A stretch of DNA of 64,000 nt from Azolla caroliniana (lineage: Eukaryota > Plantae > Polypodiophyta). Each line of letters begins with the position of its first letter. The first letter of the stretch is position 1. The notes under the pieces are model-generated. The model was not told where the DNA came from. It saw only the letters and a list, made by a program, of their open reading frames with translations, and did not search any database. The DNA lies in assembly GCA_043228905.1 (NCBI GenBank), contig JBHGNT010000002.1, positions 4,030,001-4,094,000 of the forward strand, written 5' to 3'. Positions 53,495 to 64,000 of the stretch are shown here, piece by piece. The position numbers and the translations under genes are program-made.

Positions 53495-56400
53495 ATGGAA
53501 CCAGAAGCGACAATCTCAAATGGTTCTCTCAATTCTCCTGCGTCTTCAACAGCAATCACTTCACCTCATCCGCTTCGTCATCCATCCCCATCAGCTCGAC
53601 TGAATGACCAAGTCTTTGAGTCTCTGAAGCTTGAGTATCAGTTGATGAAAGTGCCTTTCGAGCAGCTCAAGAAATCCATCAGAATCAGCCACAGGCTTGT
53701 TGAAAAGGAGATGAATGCTGTTGTCTCTGGAGTTGCTGAAGCTGTTGAAAGAGATCTGTCTAAAGAAGAGGCTGTCCAACACCTTACCAATCTTGTTTCA
53801 CGCCTTCAAGGTCTCAAACGCAAGGTATATAAATATATACATTTCTATCTTGTTTTCCAGAGACGGAGATGATGATGGTGGCGGTGGCAGTGGTGATCTT
53901 GATGATGTGTTTTTGTTTTCTGAAGGCCAGTAACATCATCTATGAGGCTTCCCCAAACAAAACATGACCTATGGAACTTGAGTAGAAAAACTTTTCATGA
54001 TAGGATTCGCCTCTCATAGATATATGAGATCAGACATAGAAAACTCTTACATAATATAGAGTTCTCTGACACCTTGAGGGGCACGAAATGATCTGTTCCT
54101 TTGTCTTAAAAAATGGTCGGCAACCATGATCAGCAGGGGAGTGTGAATGAGTGGCAGGTATATTAACGTCTTTTAAGAGGCTAAAATGGCCTATGAAACT
54201 GAATAAGAATTGTTTCTGAAAATGTTATCGACTTGGAGAACAGCAAACCAATCTGAATAAAACTAAATTAGTAAAATCAGCAAATGTTTTCATTATCTAA
54301 GAATGTGACATTGTGAACGTAGATGAACTGAAACTTTAGCCTAAGAAATATCTCTGGCATGAGCCAATACAAAATGGAGAGGTTCCTGAAGCAAGGAAAA
54401 TATCTTCCGTATTGGATGACAATGCCCTTGATCTGTCGATGATGAGCATGATGGTGCTGTAGTCCAGCTGGACACGCCCTATCTGCATGTCAAAATGCCA
54501 TTGCTGGGTCTTTTGTTACGCCATTTAAATATTATGTTTGAGATGCTACTTTTGTAGCCCTTGATTGTAATGCGTTATGGGAGGGGTGATGGTACCAAAG
54601 AATGCTGTGAGGGATTTTGCTGATATGTCATTCTATTTAAAAGATTAAAATCTATGTACTTCAATATCTAGCAAGAACAGTGTCAAGCATGACTGGTTTT
54701 TGTATTCCCTTACCTCGCAGAGTTGGCTAAAGAGTTGTGCAAAGAGGCAATGATATCTCGCTCTACTCACAAAAAAGGCACAATGTAAACATAGTGTTCC
54801 ATTGGTTGCGTATCTGCATGGCACAATTGGCAGATCAATTCTTCCATATCTTTGTGTACATGTTTGCTTGTCTCAATCTCTAATAGATGTGAAGGTATCA
54901 TGAGCTGTCATGTCACACAATGGAGTGTATGCAAGAGATATTATCTATCTATACCATAAGGGGCTTGATTGATAAATCCATCATGCCAGCAATGTAATAA
55001 TATTGCCTTTATAGTAGGCCATCTTCCTACCAAATGGCATTGTTGTTCACATTCTCTCGTTATCTAATTTAATGATACTAATTGGGATCACTCTAAATTG
55101 CTTAATTACAACTTGTTTTCAATGCAATTACTAACATATTTTCAGTGCTCAGTTCCACATGACTGCTGCAGTTTTAATAACATATTATTGTATAGCAAGA
55201 TGAACATCAACGAGATGTAGAATTTTCATTGTTTATGTCATTGAATTTAAATTGAACTTTTGTGTCTAATCCATCATTATACTCTTTCTATCTTCTATTT
55301 CCAATATTTAGTGTTTCACATTTCCTTGTCTGTTGTTTCCAAGCTGCATTATTAACAACAACATAGATTTTATTATCATAAGAAGCCAGATTTTAATTGC
55401 CTTGCTATTTTTGGTTTCTAAATCCAAACTTATTTCTTGCTTATGAGGATACCTTTTGCTATATTTAATAGGTTTCTTAAGTTAAACATTTTATTAGTCA
55501 TGTGTAACTAGGGCAATGTTTTATGTTGTTGATTTTTCAAAGATGGCTAGAAGAAATAAATTACTTTGGGAGGTTTAAATCAATGCATGTCTTAATGCTC
55601 TTGCAGCTTGACGAGAGCAACAAGTGTGAGCAATTAGAAGTTCAAAGAAGTAAAGCACGATTAGACCACTTAGAAATGCTGCAGCTTGGAGGCAAGGAAA
55701 TACAATCAAAGTGGAACAACATTCGTGTGGATCGCATCTTGGTGGACTACATGCTTCGTTCATCTTATTATGACACAGCATTAAAGCTGGCCGAGTCAAG
55801 TGGCATCCAAGTACACTGTCTATTCTCGTGATTGACTTCAATCAAGTTAATATGTGATTAAATGTTTTTCTTCTGGCATTGCAGGATCTGGTAGATACCG
55901 ATATTTTTGTTGATGCAAAGAAGGTTATCCAATGCTTAAGAAACAAAGACTGTTCTGAGGCCCTTTCTTGGTGCTCCGAAAACAAATCTAAGCTTAAAAA
56001 AACTAAGGTATATATTAAACAACTCTTATTAAACTGCCTGTGCCATTCTCATGTTACAGATATCCATATGATTTTTTAATTATCTACAAAATATTATGGA
56101 GAGAAAGGATTTAGCTTTTGTGAATATGCAAGTTTATACTTTGTTTAAAGGAGTTTAAAATGTAGGAAAATAGATAATTAAGAGGATAGTTGGAGGGGTC
56201 ATTAGTTATTGTTGTATTGTTAAATGAGAGAAATTGTAATTGGGATATGGTTTGTTTGGAAATGTGGAAACATGTTTGAGATAATGACACATGGCATGTG
56301 ATGACATCAGACACAGGCATATGAAAACCAGGAAATGTTATAATATACAATTTTTTGCATCTGACGTTTGACCAAACCCGAACAGAACTTGATCCTTAAA

Positions 56401-59400
56401 AAATCAACTAGTAGATCTACATGCAGCACTCAGAAATTTTGATTGATAAGCGTTGTAAAACATGGCATCTGTTTTAATCTTGCATCTTGAAACGGATTTT
56501 GTAGCACAGAAGAAAGTATAGAAAGAAAAAAATATATATTTATGTCTGTTAGGAAGTGAACAAAAATATATTTATCAAATGAGAGGTTACATCTGAGAAC
56601 AGCAGACCAAATTAAATATTGCTTAATCAATAAAAACTCCCTAAAATAGCAGATACTCTCATACTTACCATTCTGCACCTAGATGGACTGAAATGTCTGC
56701 TATAGAAAGATCCCCAACATGAGCCAATGAAAAATGGAGAGGCCTGTGAAGTGTTGGATGCACCTTCATGTTGGGTGATAATGGTCTTGATTTATCGATA
56801 ACAAGAGTGGTGGAGTTGTGATCCACATGCACACGGCCTATGTGCATGACAGATTGCTATTACTCAATCTATTGTAACCTCTTTCAAATGTTGTGATTAA
56901 GACCCTACTTTGTAGCCCTTGGGTGACTTGTTGCATGAGTGATGGAACGAAAGAAATTTGTAATAGTTTGATGAGGATTTGTCCTAGATTTCTAGCAAGA
57001 ACAATACTGAGCATCAATGGTATTTATATTCCATCGCGTTACAAAGTGGGCCAAAGCCTTGTTTGAAGAGGAAGTGATATCACCCCCTTATTTCATAGAG
57101 AAAAGAATGGCAAACATTCCACTGGCACAATTGGAAGATCCATTCTTTCTTTGATCTGCATGCATATTTTCATGTCTCAATCTCTATCTAATATGAAGAG
57201 GTTGTAAGCTGCTCAACATGAGAGTGATGTGTATTCACGCATAAGGACATACTAAATCCATCCTTATATTGCGTCAACTTCCTATGAGGTGGTATTTTGG
57301 GGCTGGCGGACATTCTTTCATTATCAAACTTAATGACATCAGTTTTGATTACGCTAATATTTTGCACTTTGATTGTGTCTGAGTGTGGACATTCCAAACG
57401 ATATTGGAACATAGACACATTTATATTTATGCCATGTGATTGGAACCAATATTGTATCTCAACTTACAATAGTGCTGTCTATATGCTATACCAACGGGTT
57501 TGATGATGCAATTGCTCTTTTGATGATAATGTTGAGTTCTTTTGCACATCCATTGGATACTGGTCACTTACTGGAATAACGCCTTGGTTACTTTGGGGCT
57601 GCTCTCATACCAGCCTGGTTTATCTCATGGACCACTAATGCTTTGCAATCAGCCAGACTAAAGGTCTTTCTAAATCTTTCCACTTCTGTGACCTATGAAG
57701 GGTCTTTCCTCAAGCTTCTATCTTGATTATATCATTGTTGTGGTTCTTTGAACTGCATATGTGCACATTATATTTCAAGGGTACCAAGAACTGTGTATTC
57801 ACAAGAAGTTGAGTACATGCACGGCCCCCTGTAGAGAGAACCAAGGCTCTGTGAATGTTACTACTAGGTATGTATCAGATCATGTGTATGCCACCTTTTC
57901 CTCTCCAAATGAGAATGCTGGTATCTTTTTATCCAAGATTTGCTCACAAATCTTTGTTTGTACAAAATGACTATAAAGCATTCAGATGTCTTTGTAGTCC
58001 CTTTGGAGAGTCAGAAATCAATGTACTGTCATTAGCAGATAGTAACATTATGTCATTCTCTTGATCCACCCAATCTCTCTATTTACTTAGATACCTCATG
58101 TATATAAAGACCAAAGTGGGTAACTCCTTGTTTCACTCCAATTATGCTAGCCATGACCTATAAATAGATGTCTTTGTAGTCCCTTGGAAGAGTTCGAAAT
58201 GAATAGAATCCCACTGGATGATAACATGCATCCTTGTTTCTCTCCACTTGTGCCAGCCATGTCCTTTGGCAATCTATTAGGAGTGCATAATACTTTTCAT
58301 AGCACTGATTCATGTAGCACATAGATTCCCCGTTGCATATCTATTCGTTTTCCAAGGGCCTTAGTCACTGCACAAGCTGAGCACGTGGTAGGTACTGTGC
58401 ATGTGGAAGTTTTTTCAGAAATCTGCAAAGCAACGACAGATTCTCCTTTTATTGGCGCTTTCTTCTTCTCTTTCTGCCTGGGAATGCCATATTCATGCCA
58501 AGCCTGAGGTTGCCTCTCGTTAGATGTTTTCCCTGCGAAACCACCTACTGTACCATTTGGTTTAAATTTAGCAAAATATGATCTCTTCTTCCCCAGGAGG
58601 CATTGATAGGCTACTCTTCCTTGTCTGTGTAGAAATCCACAAAGTCACTTCCCCTTGCACGTATCTCCTTGCTCTACTATATGTGGTTACATTTAGTGGT
58701 GCAGGGAAAGGCATTTGTGACTTTCTTTACGGAGGCAAAAGGATTCAAATCAAGCATGCCATACTCCACAACTATACACATCAACTGTCTCGTGAGTTGC
58801 CTCGTCTTGTTCTTAGCATATACATCCTTTGGCATCCATCCAAGTGTAGATATGCATTATCTGCTGCCAAGCCAACATATCTACTTGAGATAGTGAACTC
58901 TCTTATCCGAGTTAATAGGGATGGAGAACCCAACAGGTAATCAAGTGATCTTGGTGATTATGACTAGCCATTGTAGACAGAATCTCTCCTGTTTTAATTT
59001 CGAAATTACACATTTACATTGTAATCTTGATTTGTTTGGAACCTGTCTGCCAGAGTAAATTGGAATTTAAGTTGAGACTTCAAGAGTTCATTGAATTAGT
59101 ACGAGAAGAACGGATGATGGAAGCTGTAACATATGCTCGAAAATATTTGGCATCCTGGGGGAGCACAAACATGAAAGAATTGCAGCAGGCCATGGCAACT
59201 CTTGCTTTCAAAAGCAGTACGGACTGTGCGAGTTATAAAGTAAGCAATTTTTTTGTTGCTTTGACTGTTCATGTAAGAATTTGATGTTGTTGTATTCACC
59301 TTTCTCTTCCCACCCTGGCTAGCTCTTGTTTGATGCAAAGCAGTGGGATGATTTAATTGACCTATTTAAAGATGAATTCTGCAAACTCTATGGGATGACA

Positions 59401-59941
59401 ACAGATTCATTATTGAACATTCACCTTCAGGCAGGGTTGTCAGCACTCAAAACTCCGTATCCTTTACTGCATAGTTTTGTGCTTGACGTCTGGGAATATT
59501 ATGTTAATGGAAACTTTTTTCCTTTACTAAAAGTTTGGCCTAAAGATTTTGTTATGAGGAAGACTGTACGAAAGAAGACCCATTATCTCAAGAAATGTTC
59601 AGGAAATTGGCAGCCCCTCTACCATTTTCAAAGCACATCCATTCAAAATTGGTATGCTACATAACAAAGGAATTGATGGATGAAGATAATCCTCCCCAAG
59701 TTTTACCAAATGGATATGTTTATAGTACCAAGGTGAGCTCTTGTCTATCAACTTTAATAACCTATCACGTCAACATGCATCAATATAAGGTTAAAGGTTA
59801 TGTCCAACGTTTGAATGATTCCATTTGATCAATTTGCAGGCTCTTGAGGAGATGGCGAAATCAAACAATGGGAAGATAACCTGTCCAAGGACTGGTTATG
59901 TGTGCAACTTTAATGAGCTTTCAAAGGCATATATATCATAG
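53495..59941 (+). CDS. MAEA: MAEA/EMP/Fyv10(Gid9) homolog, CTLH/GID E3 ligase subunit (LisH-CTLH-CRA-degenerate RING), 7 exons, ~421 aa
   Basis: Exons 53495..53824, 55607..55810, 55885..56007, 59054..59239, 59323..59456, 59546..59732 and 59840..59941 (1266 nt, open). Motifs ESLKLEYQLMKVPFE, RVDRILVDYMLRSSYYDTA (LisH), SKLEFKLRLQEFIELVR, LQAGLSALKTP, HSKLVCYITKELMDEDNPP.VLPNGYVYS and CPRTG. Confidence 0.96.
54350..55050 (-). mobile_element. Degenerate LINE 3' fragment in MAEA intron 1
   Basis: Minus strand CQLCHADTQPMEH (zf-RVT-like); colinear diverged similarity to 56710-57300. Confidence 0.55.
56710..57300 (-). mobile_element. Degenerate LINE 3' fragment in MAEA intron 3 (relative of 54350-55050)
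   Basis: Shared colinear blocks catgagccaat..aaaatggagagg, tactttgtagcccttg, tctagcaagaaca, ggcacaattgg.agatc and gtctcaatctcta. Confidence 0.55.
59457..59545 (+). other. U12-type GT-AG intron in MAEA
   Basis: 5' GTATCCTTT, branch site TTTCCTTTAC at ~59518, short distance to AG, no polypyrimidine tract; removal gives KTP|FCYEEDC. Confidence 0.9.
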
Positions 59942-62900
59942 TGTGATGCAACATGTGCACAATCCTCCATAACACAGAAATAAAGTATGATTTGACCAAA
60001 TGAAATGCAAGATAGATCCTTTAGGCCAAAGGTCAGAATGCTAGTATAATAACCAAGTTTGTGCCGTGGATGATGTAAAAAGATAATCCTCTTTAAGCTT
60101 GTGCTAGGGTCTGTATCAATACACTTGGGGGTAATGTATAAATTGACTTTAAATCATTTGGTTTACCCTCTTGTAAATGTGTGCTATTGCTCAATATTGA
60201 AATAGCCGATCCTTCCATTCAATCAATTGTACAGAGCTCTTTTGCAAATATATAAGAGCTTTTGCAAATCATTATTTTTAGTTCTAGGGAGGTGGATTTT
60301 CAAGTCTTTTCCAGGCAATTAAATTGTACGCTCATTTTCTTATTAATTTACAGTGCACTTTGACAGGAAGAAAATACTGGGTTAGTTCTGTAGATCGTTG
60401 TAGAGATAGTAGCATACATACTATGCCATAGAAGGAAGAAGAACTTAGATAATATGCATCAAAAAGTTGTGCAGCTCAGCCAAATTATATGTCATGTAAG
60501 GAAGAAGAAATTAGATCATGTGCATCAAGAATTCGTGCAGCTCAGCCATTCATGATATGTTGATGTTAAGCATATGCACATTGTACGTAAAGTTATATCC
60601 ATCTCTGAGGACTAAATGAATTAAAAAAATCTTCTTGTTTTTGGAAAAATAAAAATGAAAATAAATCTCCTCAGAGTTATCTTTCAAGTTTTCTTTTGTG
60701 GAATAGACTCATATGGGATTGCTCTCCTTTATCTTTTGAAGAACTTGCTATAGGTGTTGCTGTCACCCTTTTTCTGTTGAGTGAAGTGCATTTTCCTCAT
60801 GTCTCTAATGAAACCGTTACAAAGTATCAATGTATACTTGCTGCTATTACTAGTGAAATTGAGTTTCATATCTTAAAATTTTTACATTGTCTTAAACCAA
60901 TAATTGTCTTATGGAAAATCATTGATTTTTTAATATAAATCATAGACATCCACATGTTCATGATACATTACAGATATTACATAAAGATATTTCAATGTGT
61001 TATTTGCTTCAAAATTTCTCATTCTTGTACAATGTAAACATTGTGAAAAACCTTTACTGGTTCATAAATTGTTCTACAATATTGGAATTCGAAATTTTAG
61101 CTTGTTGATGTAAAGTTTTGGACTTTGCAATAACAAAGTTGTGGACCCAAAGCTTGATTAATGTGTTTGATATTACATTTGTTATACATTAAAAAGTATC
61201 TGTCATTTTCGTTTGTTTGTTTGTTCTCACACATTAACATAAAAAACGTGTTTGATGTTAAAATTAGAGCTCTTTGTAATTTTAGTTTGACATCATTCTC
61301 AGTAGGATGTCTGTCTTGGAAAATCACGGTACCAATTGATATAAAAGAATGACTATAAATTATAATACTAGATAAGGGACAAGCTAACAAATCTTTTGTC
61401 TTTTCTAAACGAGATAAGAAGTGGTAAATATTATTATTCAGCCATTAATTGGATAGTTACTGATTCGTATGTTTGTGAACACATAGTAGATGGACATTTA
61501 ATGCGTATGTTCTGACATGCAATCAATGGGGATCTGTATTAAATGTTTGATTCCTCGCATTCCAATCATGTATTTAACACAAGGTGTGTCAAGAGCATGT
61601 GTTGACACGTTCGTACAAGAAAAGGGATTCATTCATCAATGATTGGTATAGAAATTCTATTGATGTTATTCTCTCAATCTCTCACTTCTTGGTCTCCTTT
61701 CCTACACCACCCACTTTGTGAGGGGTGTGGCTCCACTTCTTCAACAATATTGTGCGGATCAAACTACATCAACGCCATATCAAGCTCTAAACTAATTCTT
61801 GTGCACATTGAGATATATACGTGGTGATGTGATCACAATTTTATGTTTAATTCATAATTATAAACATATTTTGTGGCACCCGCACTAACTACGGTTACTC
61901 ATGTTTGCCAATGAAATATGTACAAAATTTATAAGACACACACATACATCTGCCAATGAAATATTTATATATCTATGCAAGAGTGCATACATGCGTACAT
62001 TCAAATATAATTTCCTATTAAGTCCTTAAGGTATGATTCCATAAACATCAAGATCCCATCCGGAAGTCAATGTATTTACGTGTTTATGTTGACTAGGAAA
62101 TGGTTAAGATCATTTGCATACGTCACATCTTCAAATTCTAGAATACAATGACATTGAAAAATTATGCGAACGCAACCTGAATGGTCCTCAATAATCATCA
62201 AGTAGAGAATGGTCTTCTATGCCGAAACACTTACAAATCTAAAAATGACAGCACGCGTTTGTATATGATATATTATGGTAAAGAACAACTTAGAATTAGT
62301 CCACATTTTTAACTTGTGTATTTCTATGTTGTCATAATTAATTGCATCATGTAGAGTCCCATTGGATAAGGAAAACTACACATGCAATCAAATTGTGTGG
62401 TTTGGAATGATTGTAAATCAAAGTGCATTTTTTATCATCTTACCGCATTTTTTTCAACCATGTGCCAAATGTGGGAGTGAACTTTGAGGCCATAATTAAA
62501 TGAAATCTACGGTTGTTTGGTCTGAATTGGACAACCTACGACATATGCATGGAGAGGTACCTTTACCATTTAGTAGACATGAGCAAAGTGCAGGGATTCA
62601 ACACACACCTAGAATAGGGTTGAAGACAAGACCTTTAGTCTTTACCAAACGAGCTTCCCATTCTTGACTTTGTTGATATCAACGCAACCTAAACAGTTGA
62701 CCAATATGTCCATTCCTTTTTTCTTGTCAAAGTGGTGTTGTATTAAGACCCCATGGTAATATGAAAAATCAGTCCTTCTTGTCCCTCAAAGTTGTTGTAA
62801 GACTAACTAACTAACATATTATGGCAAAAACCTTTTAAGGAAAAAGAGCCCGCAAAACCAAGTTTCCGATTTTTTAACAATCAATCTGCCATTTAATGAA

Positions 62901-63404
62901 TGTGCCTATTACTATACTCCATTAGAGGCCATCAAACGATAACCCATTTCGCATACAACTCGAATTGTTCTTCTGGCCCTGATGCCCAAGATAGTATAAG
63001 CACTAGATTCTAGGATACATAAGTAACGCTCTTGTCTCTCTCGATGGAAGCCCATAGGTCATAGTTAATGACCAATCCCCCACAATCGGAGCATAACAAT
63101 GGAAAGGGCTCCAGCATCAGCACACTCCACATGTAGTAGTACTTTGGGTCTAGTGTCGTCCTCAAATCACTGTTTCGAGAAAGGGTGCTTCTCCCATCTA
63201 TTCGAACGTGCTCTAATTGTAAAGCCATCTCCATAGATTATTAACATATAAATCTCTCTTTTCTTTTCTTTTCGACCATTACATACATATGTCTCTCTCT
63301 CTATCTCTCTCTCTCTCTCTGGTGTCTCTCTCACTTTTATCAGATTGGATGGGCGAGACGTGTTTGGACCCACGAAGGAGTGATTGACCCAGTAGCAATA
63401 TGTA

Positions 63405-63779
63405 CATCATAAGAAGCAAGAAAGTCAAGATGAAGAAACATTCTCATGTGTACATGAATGTAGCCATACATACCTTCATCCATCCATCCATCCATCCATC
63501 CATCCATCCATACATACATACATACATACATACATACATACATAAGAAGAAGCAAGAAAGTCAAGATGAAGAAACATTCTCATGTGTACATGAATGTAGC
63601 CATACATACCTTCATCCATCCATCCATCCATCCATACATACGTGATACATTCATTCATTCATCCATACATCCATCCATACATCCATACATCCATACATCC
63701 ATACATACATACAAACAAGCAAACATACATACATACATACATACATACATCTACATACATCTACATACATATATGTATG

Positions 63780-63811
<32 letters not shown>

Positions 63812-63822
63812 TATATATATGC
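63405..63822. repeat. Compound (TCCA)n/(TACA)n microsatellite with a ~136-bp duplicated block
   Basis: aagcaagaaagtcaagatgaagaaacattctcatgtgtacatgaatgtagcc occurs at ~63414 and ~63549, each followed by tetranucleotide runs. Confidence 0.93.
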
Positions 63823-64000
63823 ATAGAGAAAAAGGAGAATAGATATTCATATATACCATATAAGACTCTGTATTTCTTTCTTGATTCTTTGAACAGCAGC
63901 AGGAGCAGGAGCAGGAGCAGCAGTAGCAGTAGCAGTAGCCTGTAGATTCAGTGTTGGTAGTTAAGAGTCCATGGCCCCTCCTTTTGGTTTACAATTTGAT

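Noticed and set aside
63010-63234. 74-aa minus-strand ATG ORF in moderately GC-rich DNA with a small GGTCAT/ATGACC hairpin
   Set aside because: No recognisable domain, splice structure, or miRNA/snoRNA signature.
63880-64000. Possible 3' end of a minus-strand gene with (GCAGGA)/(GCAGTA) repeats
   Set aside because: Too little sequence at the window edge to assign a frame or product.

Overview
Eukaryotic land-plant nuclear DNA: AT-rich, with TTTAGGG-type telomeric motifs and spliceosomal introns. A seed-free vascular plant such as a fern is my inference and is not proven. Five spliced protein-coding genes were reconstructed by hand: (1) a BAM/CLV1-like LRR receptor kinase (-), whose 5' end is lost in a 100-N gap and which has an apparent 25-nt frameshifting deletion; (2) an ANT1-like amino-acid transporter (-); (3) a 7-exon RlmM/FtsJ-like 2'-O-ribose methyltransferase (-); (4) an At3g28370-like coiled-coil protein (+) with a U12 AT-AC intron; (5) a MAEA/Fyv10 (CTLH/GID E3 ligase) homolog (+) with a U12 GT-AG intron. 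The ORF track misses several elements: an intron-retaining enolase pseudogene fragment, a near full-length decayed L1-type LINE with an 18-bp TSD, several 5'-truncated relatives (two apparently sharing one target site), a solo LTR with a 5-bp TSD, putative MITE/SINE remnants and many local tandem duplications. I found no CRISPR, rRNA or intact tRNA genes. I found no clearly new multi-gene system; the most interesting leads are the RlmM-like gene, the minor-spliceosome introns and several repeat-built regulatory arrays.
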